Virus genome (UHGV): UHGV-0042115
Reading direction: 5' to 3' (one strand)
Length of the DNA: 37,114 nucleotides
From: a virus
Part shown: positions 17,729 through 27,569 of the stretch, one piece after another
Position numbering within the stretch: position 1 is the first letter of the stretch
How the letters are laid out: each line of letters begins with the position of its first letter
Program-made: the position numbers and the translations under genes
The notes under the pieces: model-generated
What the model saw: the letters and a program-made list of their open reading frames with translations, nothing else
What the model was told of the DNA's origin: nothing
Databases searched by the model: none

Positions 17729-18379
17729 ATGAGCCTGAGTCCCGCACGGCAGCATCGCCTGCGCGTTCAGGCTGAACAGGCCGCCCGTGAGGGCGGCAGC
17801 GTTCGCCACGCGTCGGGCTATGACCTGATGCTGCTGCAACTGGCGGAAGACCGCCGCCGTCTCAAGGGCGTTCAGTCCACGGTCAAAAAAGCGGAAATCA
17901 AAGTGGAGCTGCTGCCGAAGTACGCCGCCTGGGCGGAGGGGGTCCTGGCTGCCGGAGGCGCGCAACAGGATGACGTGCTGATGTACGTGATGCTGTGGCG
18001 TATTGATGCCGGAGATTATGCCGGGGCGCTGGAGATCGGGCGTCATGCCCTGCGTCATGGCTGGGTGATGCCGCTGGGTAACCGCAACGTGCAGACCGTG
18101 CTGGCAGAGGAAATGGCAGACGCCGCGCAGAGCGCAATGCTTGCCGCCACCGGCTTTGATGCCGATCCGCTGCTGCAGACGCTGGAGATGACAGACGGTC
18201 TGGATATGCCGGATCAGTCACGGGCGCGACTGCATAAAGCCATTGGTGCGGTCCTGAGCGAAAGCAACCCGGCCTCCGCCCTGAACCACCTTACCCATGC
18301 GCTGCAACTCGATCCCCGCTGTGGCGTGAAAAAAGACAAACAGCAGCTGGAGCGCAGACTGCGCAATGACAGCCGCTGA
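17729..18379 (+). CDS. M: Terminase small/endonuclease subunit (P2 gpM-like)
   Basis: 216 aa; follows N with 3-nt gap. Confidence 0.8.
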   Translation: MSLSPARQHRLRVQAEQAAREGGSVRHASGYDLMLLQLAEDRRRLKGVQSTVKKAEIKVELLPKYAAWAEGVLAAGGAQQDDVLMYVMLWRIDAGDYAGALEIGRHALRHGWVMPLGNRNVQTVLAEEMADAAQSAMLAATGFDADPLLQTLEMTDGLDMPDQSRARLHKAIGAVLSESNPASALNHLTHALQLDPRCGVKKDKQQLERRLRNDSR

Positions 18380-18474
18380 CAGAACGTGCCCCCGCGCACG
18401 GGCGGCACGGGGTGGCGAAAGGCACTGCCACATCAAAACCCCGTCCACCGCCCTCTATTTCAGGAGAAAGCAGC

Positions 18475-18939
18475 ATGAAGTTTGTTGCGCCAGAACAGGC
18501 ACCGGAACAGGCGGAAATCATCAGAAATACGCCGTTCTGGCCTGATGTGGACCTGTCGGAGTTTCGCAGTGTGATGCGCACTGACGGCACGGTGACGCAG
18601 CCGCGTTTAAAGCAGGTTGCGCTGTCGGCAATTTCGGAGGTCAACGCAGAGCTGTATGAGTTTCGCAGACGCCAGCAGATGCTGGGGTATGCCTCGCTGG
18701 CAGAGGTTCCGGCGGAACAGCTGGACGGGAAAAGTGAGCGCATTCAGCACTATTTCAACGCGGTTTACTGCTGGGCACGCGCCATGCTCAACGAGCGTTA
18801 TCAGGACTATGACGCCACGGCATCCGGTGTGAAGCGGGGCGAGGAACTGGCGGAAGCCAGCGGTGATTTGTGGCGTGACGCCCGCTGGGCCATCAGCCGG
18901 GTGCAGGACGCGCCGCACTGCACAGTGGAGCTTATCTGA
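18475..18939 (+). CDS. L: Head completion/stabilisation protein (P2 gpL-like)
   Basis: ATG 18475 with AGGAG SD; track ORF begins earlier at 18412. Confidence 0.75.
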   Translation: MKFVAPEQAPEQAEIIRNTPFWPDVDLSEFRSVMRTDGTVTQPRLKQVALSAISEVNAELYEFRRRQQMLGYASLAEVPAEQLDGKSERIQHYFNAVYCWARAMLNERYQDYDATASGVKRGEELAEASGDLWRDARWAISRVQDAPHCTVELI

Positions 18940-19142
18940 TGAAAGTGCGAGCGCATCAGTATGACACGGTGGATGCACTTTGCTGGCGTCATTACGGGCG
19001 CACGCAGGGTGTCACGGAGCAGGTACTGAAGGCAAATCCGGGGCTTGCCGAATACGGCCCCTTTTTACCTCACGGGCTGCAGGTGGAGCTGCCGGACATT
19101 CCGACAACCACCACCGTGCAGACCGTCCAGCTATGGGACTGA
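18939..19142 (+). CDS. X: Tail protein X
   Basis: 67 aa MKVRAHQYDTVDALCWRHYGRTQGV...ANPGLAEYGPFLPHG resembles P2 X. Confidence 0.75.
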   Translation: MKVRAHQYDTVDALCWRHYGRTQGVTEQVLKANPGLAEYGPFLPHGLQVELPDIPTTTTVQTVQLWD

Positions 19143-19145
19143 ATT

Positions 19146-19361
19146 ATGACGCTTGAGCGAATCAGCGCCTTTATCACGTATTGCATCGCCGTCGTGCTGG
19201 CCTGGCTGGGCGATTTGTCCATCAAGGATGCCTCAACGCTGGGCGGCCTGATGATCGGTGTGCTGATGCTGGCTATCAACTGGTACTACAAACACAAAGC
19301 CTACCAGCTTCTGCGCGACGGGCAGATCTCGCGGGAGGACTATGAATCCATCAATCGTTAA
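19146..19361 (+). CDS. Y: Holin (P2 Y position)
   Basis: 71-aa membrane protein with two hydrophobic segments and a charged C-terminus, immediately before the endolysin. Confidence 0.65.
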   Translation: MTLERISAFITYCIAVVLAWLGDLSIKDASTLGGLMIGVLMLAINWYYKHKAYQLLRDGQISREDYESINR

Positions 19362-19854
19362 ACGCTGCCTTGTCGGGGCTGTGCTGGCTATTGCTGCCAC
19401 GCTGCCGGGTTTTCAGCAGCTTCACACCTCCGTGGAGGGACTGAAACTGATCGCCGATTACGAAGGCTGTCGTCTGCAGCCGTATCAGTGCAGCGCGGGT
19501 GTCTGGACCGACGGCATTGGTAATACATCGGGCGTCATTCCCGGCAAAACAATCACGGAACGACAGGCAGCAGAAGGGCTGATCTCCAACGTGCTGCGTG
19601 TGGAGCGGGCGCTGGAAAGGTGTGTGAAGCAACAGCCACCGCTGAAGGTGTATGACGCTACGGTGTCGTTTGCCTTCAACGTGGGGACGGGCAATGCCTG
19701 CAGTTCCACGCTGGTGAAATTGCTCAATCAGCGGCGCTGGGCAGATGCGTGCCGACAGTTGCCGCGCTGGGTTTATGTGAAAGGTGTTTTTAATCAGGGG
19801 CTGGATAACCGCCGTGCGCGGGAGATGGCCTGGTGCTTACAGGGAGCAAACTGA
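19342..19854 (+). CDS. K: Endolysin, T4-lysozyme-like (GH24) with hydrophobic N-terminal segment
   Basis: EGLKLIADYEGCRLQPYQCSAGVWTDGIGNT lysozyme motif; N-terminus KRCLVGAVLAIAATLPGF is hydrophobic. Confidence 0.85.
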   Translation: MNPSIVKRCLVGAVLAIAATLPGFQQLHTSVEGLKLIADYEGCRLQPYQCSAGVWTDGIGNTSGVIPGKTITERQAAEGLISNVLRVERALERCVKQQPPLKVYDATVSFAFNVGTGNACSSTLVKLLNQRRWADACRQLPRWVYVKGVFNQGLDNRRAREMAWCLQGAN

Positions 19855-19855
19855 A

Positions 19856-20233
19856 ATGAAAAAGAAAGTAATCAGCGGGCTGTTTCTGATGTTATGGATA
19901 GATCTGTTAATCGCCGTAATGGTGTATCCGCAGGGGATTTTTCCGGTACTGGCAGCATCTGGTGTCTGGGTAGCCTGTCTGCTGACATGGGCAGTAATTC
20001 CGGTATCACTGGCTGCGTTAATTAAGAACGGCCCGCTCTGGCAGGAGTTGAGGGCATCTTTGCTGAAGACAATTACCCGAAAAGAAAACGTATTTATCAG
20101 CTGGATGATGCGATTGCTGATTGTCGTCAGTCTCGCCTGGACGGGGTGGGCTATTACCCTGGTCTTTTTTCTGCTGACCGTTATTGCCTTTTGGATGACC
20201 CGTAATCAGATTGCGCAACAGGTATCAGCATGA
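19856..20233 (+). CDS. lysA: LysA-like membrane protein (lysis timing)
   Basis: Multi-TM small protein at the P2 lysA position; AGGGAG SD. Confidence 0.6.
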   Translation: MKKKVISGLFLMLWIDLLIAVMVYPQGIFPVLAASGVWVACLLTWAVIPVSLAALIKNGPLWQELRASLLKTITRKENVFISWMMRLLIVVSLAWTGWAITLVFFLLTVIAFWMTRNQIAQQVSA

Positions 20234-20658
20234 ACCGGTTGCTGCTGGTTGTGCTGGCGTTATTACTGGCGGCGCTGGGCTGGCAGACGTGGCGGCTGGC
20301 TGATGCCAGCCAGACCATCAGCACGCAGGCAGACGAGCTGCAGAGCAAAAGCCAGGCACTGGCAAAGAGCAACAGCCAGCTTATCAGCCTGTCCATTCTG
20401 ACTGAAACCAATAACCGGGAGCAGGCGCGGCTCTATGCCGAAGCAGAACAGACCAGCGCGCTGCTGAGACAACGACAACACCGGATCGAGGAACTGAAAC
20501 GTGAGAACGAGGATTTACGCCGCTGGGCTGATACTACTTTGCCTGCTGACATTATCCGGCTGCGGGAACGTCCGGCACTCACCGGAGGTACGGCTTACCG
20601 TCAGTGGTTGTCCGCGAGTGACGCCGTGTCGGCTGGATCAGGCAACGCCGCGCACTAA
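20230..20658 (+). CDS. lysB: LysB (Rz-like inner-membrane spanin)
   Basis: N-terminal TM segment then coiled-coil-like region; position. Confidence 0.65.
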   Translation: MNRLLLVVLALLLAALGWQTWRLADASQTISTQADELQSKSQALAKSNSQLISLSILTETNNREQARLYAEAEQTSALLRQRQHRIEELKRENEDLRRWADTTLPADIIRLRERPALTGGTAYRQWLSASDAVSAGSGNAAH

Positions 20659-20791
20659 CGGTGATCTGAACGCGTTGCTGGATGAAACGGAGGCCGCCTG
20701 GGCTGTCTGTGCAGACAAAGTGGACATGATTATTGCGTGTCAGGAGCGAAACAGTGAACAAACCACAATCCCTGCGCCACGCACTCAATAA
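20501..20791 (+). CDS. lysC: LysC (Rz1-like outer-membrane lipoprotein spanin), overlapping lysB 3' end in another frame
   Basis: Lipoprotein signal LLCLLTLSGC; GTG start with GAGGA SD; overlaps lysB and extends beyond. Confidence 0.65.
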   Translation: MRTRIYAAGLILLCLLTLSGCGNVRHSPEVRLTVSGCPRVTPCRLDQATPRTNGDLNALLDETEAAWAVCADKVDMIIACQERNSEQTTIPAPRTQ

Positions 20792-21185
20792 AGCAGTGCC
20801 TTATGTCCGCAATAACCCGGACAAACTGCATCTGTTTGTGGATAACGGTTCGCTGGTTGCCACGGGGGCCAGCTCCATGTCATGGGAGTACCGTTACACA
20901 CTGAACGCGGTGATTGAGGATTTCAGCGGCGACCAGAATCTGCTGATGGCCCCGGTTTTGCTGTGGCTGAGGGATAACCAGCCCGATGCCATCAATAACC
21001 CGGCGTTACGGGAAAAACTATTCACCTTTGAGGTGGATATTCTGCGCAACGATGTCTGTGATATCAGCTTGAACCTGCAACTGACGGAACGTGTGCTGGT
21101 CAGCACTGACGGCAGTGTGTCGAGCGTTGAAGCTGTAGCGGAACCCGATGAACCTGAAGAAATGTGGACGGTGAAACGTGGCTGA
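20754..21185 (+). CDS. R: Tail completion protein R
   Basis: Position and size as P2 R; GTG 20754 with AGGAG SD (track start 20733 is TTG). Confidence 0.7.
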   Translation: MNKPQSLRHALNKAVPYVRNNPDKLHLFVDNGSLVATGASSMSWEYRYTLNAVIEDFSGDQNLLMAPVLLWLRDNQPDAINNPALREKLFTFEVDILRNDVCDISLNLQLTERVLVSTDGSVSSVEAVAEPDEPEEMWTVKRG

Positions 21186-21624
21186 ACTGCAGAAAGTGGA
21201 CGACTGGCTGAGTGCCTTGCTGGCGAATCTGGAACCAGCCGCCAGAAGCCGCATGATGCGCCAGCTGGCGCAGGAACTGCGCCGGACACAGCAGCAGAAT
21301 ATCAGGATGCAGCGCAACCCTGACGGCAGCAGCTATGAACCGCGACGGGTAACAGCACGAAGTAAAAAAGGGCGCATCAAACGTCAGATGTTTGCAAAGC
21401 TGCGCACCACAAAATACCTGAAAACCGCCGCCAGCGCGGATTCTGCCAGCGTACAGTTTGAAGGTAAGGTGCAGCGCATTGCCCGTGTTCACCATTACGG
21501 CTTGCGCGATCGCGTCAGTAGCAAAGGACCTGAGGTCCGTTACGCAGAACGCCGCCTTCTGGGTGTAAATGATGATGTTGAGGCAATGACCCGCGACATG
21601 ATTCTGCAATGGCTGGCGGGGTGA
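21178..21624 (+). CDS. S: Tail completion protein S
   Basis: Position and size as P2 S; GTG start overlapping R stop. Confidence 0.7.
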   Translation: MAELQKVDDWLSALLANLEPAARSRMMRQLAQELRRTQQQNIRMQRNPDGSSYEPRRVTARSKKGRIKRQMFAKLRTTKYLKTAASADSASVQFEGKVQRIARVHHYGLRDRVSSKGPEVRYAERRLLGVNDDVEAMTRDMILQWLAG

Positions 21625-21628
21625 TCTT

Positions 21629-21646
21629 TGTATCAGCACTGATACA
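21629..21646. promoter_or_regulatory. TGT-N12-ACA dyad (late promoter activator site) upstream of V
   Basis: TGTATCAGCACTGATACA, a perfect palindrome. Confidence 0.5.
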
Positions 21647-21692
21647 AGTTGCAGCACTGCCGCCTTTCTTCCCCTGATGGCAACCTTTCCCT

Positions 21693-22271
21693 ATGAACGC
21701 ACAATTAACCGAAATCATGCGCCTTATCACCAACCTGATCCGCACAGGTGTAGTCACCGAAGTGGACAGGGCAAACTGGCTGTGTCGGGTGAAAACTGGC
21801 GACCTCGAAACCAACTGGATTAACTGGCTGACACTGCGCGCGGGCAAATCGCGCACCTGGTGGAAACCGTCTGTGGGTGAGCAGGTTGTGCTGTTCAGTC
21901 TTGGCGGCAATCTGGAAACCGCGTTTGCCCTGCCTGCGGTCTACTCAAACCAGTTTCCGCCACCTTCAGGCTCTGAGGACGGCAACGTGACGGAATACCC
22001 GGACGGCGGCTGGTTTGAATACGAACCCGCCACCGGGCGCTGGTATGTCAGAGGCATCAAATCAATGGTCATTGAGGCCGCTGACAACATCACCATGAAA
22101 ACCAGTGAGTTTGTACTGGAGGCTGACCGCACGCGCATTAACAGCGAAGTGGTGATCAATGGTGGCGTTACCCAGGGCGGCGGAGCGATGAGTTCTAACG
22201 GGATCGTGGTTGATGCGCATCAGCATACTGGCGTCCTGAAAGGCGGCGATACAACCGGAGGCCCGGTATGA
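21693..22271 (+). CDS. V: Baseplate spike/assembly protein V
   Basis: 192 aa, gpV-like. Confidence 0.85.
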   Translation: MNAQLTEIMRLITNLIRTGVVTEVDRANWLCRVKTGDLETNWINWLTLRAGKSRTWWKPSVGEQVVLFSLGGNLETAFALPAVYSNQFPPPSGSEDGNVTEYPDGGWFEYEPATGRWYVRGIKSMVIEAADNITMKTSEFVLEADRTRINSEVVINGGVTQGGGAMSSNGIVVDAHQHTGVLKGGDTTGGPV

Positions 22272-22627
22272 CGCTTTATATCGGGATGAACAATACCAGC
22301 GGTAAAGCCATTACTGATATTGACCATCTGCGTCAGTCGGTGCGGGACATTCTACTGACACCGCAGGGTAGCCGCATTGCCCGTCGTGAATATGGTTCCC
22401 TGCTGTCGACACTGATAGACCAGCCACAAAATCCGGCATTACGCCTGCAGGTCATGTCGGCAGTGTATGTGGCGCTGAGTCGCTGGGAGCCACGGCTGAC
22501 GCTGGATTCCATCACCATTAAAAGCAATTTTGACGGTTCAATGGTGGTGGGGCTGACCGGGCGGCGTAATAACGGTGTGCCTGTTTCCCTTTCCGTATCA
22601 ACAGGAGCAGAGAATGGCAGTGATTGA
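22268..22627 (+). CDS. W: Baseplate protein W (gp25-like)
   Basis: 119 aa, GPW/gp25 family-like; overlaps V stop. Confidence 0.8.
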   Translation: MTLYIGMNNTSGKAITDIDHLRQSVRDILLTPQGSRIARREYGSLLSTLIDQPQNPALRLQVMSAVYVALSRWEPRLTLDSITIKSNFDGSMVVGLTGRRNNGVPVSLSVSTGAENGSD

Positions 22628-23522
22628 CCTTTCGCAGTTGCCTGCGCCGCAGATTGTCGATGTGCCGGACTTTGAGACGCTGCTTGCCGAACGCAAGGCC
22701 GAATTTGTTGCGCTTCATCCGAAAGATGAGCAGGAAGCCGTGATCCGCACGCTGGAACTGGAATCTGAACCCGTCACCAAATTGCTGCAGGAGAACGCTT
22801 ACCGTGAGTTGCTTCTGCGCCAGCGCATTAACGAAGCCGCGCAGGCTGTGATGGTGGCTTACGCGATGGGCGGCGATCTTGACCAGCTCGCTGCCAACTA
22901 CAACGTGAAACGCCTGACGGTGACGCCTGCTGATAATGACGCTGTGCCACCCGTTGCGGCTGTGATGGAAAGCGATGAAGCGTTACGCCTGCGTGTGCCC
23001 GCAGCCTTTGAAGGGCTTTCTGTTGCGGGGCCAACTGCCGCTTATGAATTTCATGCCCGAAGCGCCGACGGTCGGGTGGCGGATGCCAGTGCAACCAGTC
23101 CGGCACCTGCAGAGGTGGTACTGACTGTCCTGAGTCGTGAAGGCGACGGAACAGCAGAAAAAGACTTGCTGGATGTGGTGGAGAAAGCCCTGAACAGTGA
23201 GAACGTCCGCCCGGTGGCTGACCGTCTTACGGTTCGCAGCGCAGAAATCATTCCGTATCGCGTGGAAGCCACCATTTTTCTCTATCCGGGACCGGAAGCA
23301 GAGCCGGTAATGGCAGCGGCAAAAGCCAGTCTGCAGAAGTACATTGCCAGCCAGACGAGGCTTGGTCGGGATATTCGCCGTAGCGCCATCTTTGCTGCTC
23401 TGCATGTTGAGGGTGTTCAACGTGTGGAACTGGCTTCTCCGCTGGCGGATGTGGTCCTGAACAAAACACAGGCGGCATCATGTACGCAGTGGAGCGTAAC
23501 CAACGGAGGAACGGATGAATAG
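22614..23522 (+). CDS. J: Baseplate assembly protein J
   Basis: Starts MAVIDLSQLPAPQIV... like P2 J; CAGGAG SD. Confidence 0.85.
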   Translation: MAVIDLSQLPAPQIVDVPDFETLLAERKAEFVALHPKDEQEAVIRTLELESEPVTKLLQENAYRELLLRQRINEAAQAVMVAYAMGGDLDQLAANYNVKRLTVTPADNDAVPPVAAVMESDEALRLRVPAAFEGLSVAGPTAAYEFHARSADGRVADASATSPAPAEVVLTVLSREGDGTAEKDLLDVVEKALNSENVRPVADRLTVRSAEIIPYRVEATIFLYPGPEAEPVMAAAKASLQKYIASQTRLGRDIRRSAIFAALHVEGVQRVELASPLADVVLNKTQAASCTQWSVTNGGTDE

Positions 23523-24120
23523 TCTGCTGCCACCGGGTTCAACTTCACTGGAGCGCCGACTGGCGCAAACCTGTAGCGGGATTTCTGATTTGCAGGTGCC
23601 GCTGCGTGACTTGTGGAATCCGGCTACCTGTCCGGTCAGTTTCCTGCCTTATCTCGCCTGGGCGTTCTCTGTGGATCGCTGGGACGAGGGCTGGACAGAA
23701 AGCGTCAAGCGCCAGGTGGTGAAGGATGCTTTTTATATTCATCAGCATAAAGGGACCACCAGTGCCGTGCGGCGGGTGGTGGAGCCGTTCGGCTTTCTGA
23801 TCCGCATTATTGAGTGGTGGCAGACCGGAGAAACACCCGGCACGTTTCGCCTGGATATCGGCGTGCAGGACCAGGGCATCACTGAAGATACCTATCTGGA
23901 ACTTGAGAGGCTGATAAGCGATGCCAAACCATGTAGCCGTCACATGATCGGCATGTCCATCAATCTGCAGACCAGCGGCCCGTATTGGTTGGGGGCAGCC
24001 AGTTATCTTGGTGAAGAAATCACGATCTTTCCGTATATCAACGAAACAATTATTTCCGGCGGCACCGCGCATGAAGGCGGGGCGGTCCATGTTATTGACA
24101 CAATGAGAGTGAATCCATGA
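23515..24120 (+). CDS. I: Baseplate protein I
   Basis: 201 aa; position between J and H. Confidence 0.8.
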   Translation: MNSLLPPGSTSLERRLAQTCSGISDLQVPLRDLWNPATCPVSFLPYLAWAFSVDRWDEGWTESVKRQVVKDAFYIHQHKGTTSAVRRVVEPFGFLIRIIEWWQTGETPGTFRLDIGVQDQGITEDTYLELERLISDAKPCSRHMIGMSINLQTSGPYWLGAASYLGEEITIFPYINETIISGGTAHEGGAVHVIDTMRVNP

Positions 24121-25868
24121 GCACAAAATTTTATACCCTGCTGACGGATATTGGCGCGGCGAAACTTGCCAGCGCCGCCGCGCTCGGTGTGCCGTTAAAA
24201 ATTACCCATATGGCGGTCGGCGATGGCGGCGGAACATTACCAACGCCGGACGCAAAGCAGACAGCACTGGTAAATGAGAAACGCCGGGCTGCGCTGAATA
24301 TGCTCTATATCGACCCGCAGAACAGCAGCCAGATTATTGCTGAACAGGTGATCCCTGAAAACGAGGGCGGTTGGTGGATACGTGAAGTGGGCCTGTTTGA
24401 TGAGTCCGGGGCATTGATTGCCGTGGGCAACTGCCCGGAAAGCTATAAGCCGCAACTGGCTGAAGGCAGCGGGCGTACCCAGACCGTGCGTATGGTGTTG
24501 ATTACCAGCAGCACGGACAATATCACCCTGAAAATCGACCCTGCCGTAGTGCTGGCAACCCGCAAGTATGTGGATGACAAAATATCAGAGCACGAACAGT
24601 CACGACGTCACCCGGACGCCTCGCTGACCGCAAAGGGTTTTACTCAGTTAAGCAGTGCGACCAACAGTGAATCCGAAATACTGGCCGCAACACCGAAGGC
24701 TGTGAAGGCTGCATATGATCTTGCAGCAGGTAAAGCATCCGCCAGTCACACACACCCGTGGAATCAGATAACGGATGTGCCTGCAGCTTCACTGACGGTA
24801 AAAGGCACCGTGCAACTCAGCAGCGCCACTAACAGCACGTCAGAAACGCAGGCTGCCACACCAAAGGCAGTGAAGGCGGCATATGACCTTGCAGCAGGTA
24901 AGGCACCTGTCAGTCACACGCACCCGTGGAGCCAGATAACGGATGTGCCTGCAGCTTCACTGACGGTAAAAGGCACCGTGCAACTCAGCAGCGCCACTAA
25001 CAGCACGTTAGAAACGCAGGCTGCCACACCAAAAGCCGTGAAGGCTGTATATGACCTTGCCAATGGAAAACAACCTGCCGACGCCACACTGACCGCACTG
25101 GCAGGCCTTGCCACTGCGGCAGACAAACTTCCGTATTTTACGGGGAATGATACAGCCAGCCTGACAACCCTGACTAACGTTGGACGGAATATTCTGGATA
25201 AAGCAAGCACACAGGCGGTTATTCAATATCTTGGTCTGAGCGATGCAAGTGGATACGTTGGACGCTGGCTGAATACCCGGGTTTTCACCTCATCAGGTAC
25301 GTACACCCCGACGCCAGGAACAAAACGGATCAGGGTCACAATAACTGGCGGCGGTGGCGGTGGGGGCGGCTGCAAGGCTATATCCAATAATGAAACGTTT
25401 TTCGGTGCTGGCGGTGGGGCCGGTGGAACAATAATTTCAATAATGACCCCGACACAGAATAGTTATCCAGTCACTATCGGCGCAGGTGGGGCCGGTGGTG
25501 TTAGTGCGACGAACGGCACCAGTGGCGGGAATAGCGTATTTGCATCGTTAATTGCTCCTGGTGGCGCAGGTGGCGGGAAAGTGGGAGTTACAAATACAAA
25601 CGGCGGTAACGGAGGTGTGCCGAGTACTGGCGATATCCGCATCACTGGTGGAAATGGAGGCGACGGTCAGTCCGGAAATATCAGCGTCAGCGGTGAAGGC
25701 GGAACATCGTACTGGGGTGGCGGTGGACGCGCAGGCGCTGGCGGTGGCGTTAGCGGTAAGGCATATGGTTCAGGCGGAGGTGGTGCATACGATGCCGGTT
25801 ATAGCGGAACCAGTATGACGGGCGGGAAAGGCGCTGCAGGGATTTGTATTATCGAGGAGTTTGCATAA
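24117..25868 (+). CDS. H: Tail fiber protein H with internal tandem repeats and glycine-rich C-terminal domain
   Basis: Conserved P2 H-like N-terminus (MSTKFYTLLTDIGAAKLA...); repeats and Gly-rich C-terminus described separately. Confidence 0.85.
   Translation: MSTKFYTLLTDIGAAKLASAAALGVPLKITHMAVGDGGGTLPTPDAKQTALVNEKRRAALNMLYIDPQNSSQIIAEQVIPENEGGWWIREVGLFDESGALIAVGNCPESYKPQLAEGSGRTQTVRMVLITSSTDNITLKIDPAVVLATRKYVDDKISEHEQSRRHPDASLTAKGFTQLSSATNSESEILAATPKAVKAAYDLAAGKASASHTHPWNQITDVPAASLTVKGTVQLSSATNSTSETQAATPKAVKAAYDLAAGKAPVSHTHPWSQITDVPAASLTVKGTVQLSSATNSTLETQAATPKAVKAVYDLANGKQPADATLTALAGLATAADKLPYFTGNDTASLTTLTNVGRNILDKASTQAVIQYLGLSDASGYVGRWLNTRVFTSSGTYTPTPGTKRIRVTITGGGGGGGGCKAISNNETFFGAGGGAGGTIISIMTPTQNSYPVTIGAGGAGGVSATNGTSGGNSVFASLIAPGGAGGGKVGVTNTNGGNGGVPSTGDIRITGGNGGDGQSGNISVSGEGGTSYWGGGGRAGAGGGVSGKAYGSGGGGAYDAGYSGTSMTGGKGAAGICIIEEFA
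24617..25075 (+). repeat. Three tandem ~168-bp (56-aa) repeats within the tail fiber gene
   Basis: Unit ...ASLTVKGTVQLSSATNSTSETQAATPKAVKAAYDLAAGKA.VSHTHPW.QITDVPA...; copies 2 and 3 nearly identical at nucleotide level (period 24773 to 24941). Confidence 0.7.
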
Positions 25869-26281
25869 TGAATGCGTCATATGCAGTTATTGAAAATGGG
25901 ATGGTTGTGAATGTCATTGTCTGGGATGGTGAGGATGAATTCACTGTGCCGGATAATCTGCAGCTCATTAATATTTCTGATATCAGTGAGCAGCCCGGAA
26001 TCGGCTGGGCGTATTCAGACGGGGTATTTACTGCGCCGCTCCCTCCGGAACGTTCTCATGATGAACTGGTAGCTGACGCTGAACAGAAAAAACAGTCGCT
26101 GATAGACGCAGCAATGGTCAATATCAGCGTGATTCAGTTAAAGCTGCAGGCCGGGCGCAAACTGACGCAAGAGGAAACTACCCGACTTAACGTTGTGCTG
26201 GATTATATCGAGGCTGTGACGGCAACAAATACCAGCACCGCACCTGATATTATTTGGCCTGTTTTCCCTGCAAGCAGATAA
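25868..26281 (+). CDS. G: Tail fiber assembly protein (P2 G position)
   Basis: ATG overlaps H stop (TAATG); position. Confidence 0.6.
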   Translation: MNASYAVIENGMVVNVIVWDGEDEFTVPDNLQLINISDISEQPGIGWAYSDGVFTAPLPPERSHDELVADAEQKKQSLIDAAMVNISVIQLKLQAGRKLTQEETTRLNVVLDYIEAVTATNTSTAPDIIWPVFPASR

Positions 26282-26293
26282 ATACCGTCATTT

Positions 26294-26311
26294 TGTGTGA
26301 ATAACGGTACA
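26294..26311. promoter_or_regulatory. TGT-N12-ACA dyad (late promoter activator site) upstream of FI
   Basis: TGTGTGAATAACGGTACA in the G-FI intergenic region. Confidence 0.5.
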
Positions 26312-26387
26312 ACTGCGCTTAGCTGCTTGTCAGACACAATCACTTCAACATAGGGCGAAGCCTAATCCAATCAGGAGGTTCGCCACT

Positions 26388-27560
26388 ATGGCTCAGGATT
26401 ACCACCACGGAGTGCGCGTTGTTGAAGTCAACGAAGGCACTCGATCCATTACCACGGTGAGCACCGCCATCGTGGGCATGGTCTGCACGGGCGATGATGC
26501 CGATGCAAAAATGTTCCCTCTTAATAAACCCGTGCTGATCACTGATGTGCTTACTGCCAGCGGTAAGGCGGGTGAATCCGGTACGCTGGCCCGTTCGCTG
26601 GATGCCATCGCTGACCAGGCAAAACCCGTGACCGTTGTTGTGCGTGTGCCGCAGGGTGAAACGGAAGAAGAAACCACGACCAATATCATCGGCGCAGTGA
26701 CTGCTGAAGGTAAAAAAACTGGTATGAAAGCCCTGTTATCTGCCCAGTCACAGCTCGGTGTTAAACCGCGCATTCTCGGCGTGCCGGGGCACGATAATAA
26801 AGCCGTTGCTACTGAGTTGCTGGGCGTGGCGCAAAGCCTGCGTGGGTTTGCTTACCTGTCAGCGTATGGCTGCAAGACGGTGCAGGAGGCGATCACTTAC
26901 CGTAAAAACTTCAGTCAGCGTGAAGGGATGCTGATTTGGCCTGACTTTACTGGCTGGGACACGGTGCTGAATGCCGACGCAACGGCATATGCCACCGCCC
27001 GTGCGCTTGGTCTGCGTGCCAAAATTGATGAGCAGACAGGGTGGCACAAAAGCCTGTCCAACGTGGGCGTGAACGGTGTCACCGGAATTTCTGCTGATGT
27101 GTTCTGGGATCTGCAGGACCCGGCAACTGATGCGGGACTGCTTAACCAGAACGATGTTACCACACTTATCCGCAAAGACGGCTTTCGCTTCTGGGGTTCC
27201 CGCTGTCTGAGTGATGACCCACTCTTTGCCTTTGAAAACTACACCCGCACGGCGCAGGTGCTGATGGACACGATGGCAGAAGCGCCAATGTGGGCGGTCG
27301 ACAAACCGCTGAATCCGTCGCTGGCCCGCGACATTATCGAAGGTATCCGCGCCAAAATGCGCAGCCTGATCAGTCAGGGCTATCTCATTGGTGGCGATTG
27401 CTGGCTGGATGAGTCGGTGAACGACAAAGACACTCTGAAAGCTGGAAAACTCACCATCGACTACGACTACACACCAGTGCCGCCACTTGAAAACCTGATG
27501 CTGCGTCAGCGCATCACCGATCAGTACCTGGTGAATTTCGCCAGCCAGGTCAGCGCGTAA
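26388..27560 (+). CDS. FI: Tail sheath protein FI
   Basis: 390 aa; AGGAGG SD; P2 FI-like. Confidence 0.9.
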   Translation: MAQDYHHGVRVVEVNEGTRSITTVSTAIVGMVCTGDDADAKMFPLNKPVLITDVLTASGKAGESGTLARSLDAIADQAKPVTVVVRVPQGETEEETTTNIIGAVTAEGKKTGMKALLSAQSQLGVKPRILGVPGHDNKAVATELLGVAQSLRGFAYLSAYGCKTVQEAITYRKNFSQREGMLIWPDFTGWDTVLNADATAYATARALGLRAKIDEQTGWHKSLSNVGVNGVTGISADVFWDLQDPATDAGLLNQNDVTTLIRKDGFRFWGSRCLSDDPLFAFENYTRTAQVLMDTMAEAPMWAVDKPLNPSLARDIIEGIRAKMRSLISQGYLIGGDCWLDESVNDKDTLKAGKLTIDYDYTPVPPLENLMLRQRITDQYLVNFASQVSA

Positions 27561-27569
27561 GGGGACAAC

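Noticed and set aside
16120-18058. Several minus-strand ORFs (16120-16575, 16547-17209, 17576-18058) within O, N and M
   Set aside because: Antisense to the capsid operon; arginine/glycine-rich translations typical of GC-rich shadow frames.
24117-26281. Invertible tail-fiber segment (Mu Gin / P1 Cin-type shufflon)
   Set aside because: No invertase gene and no inverted repeats flanking H or G; the repeats in H are direct and in frame.
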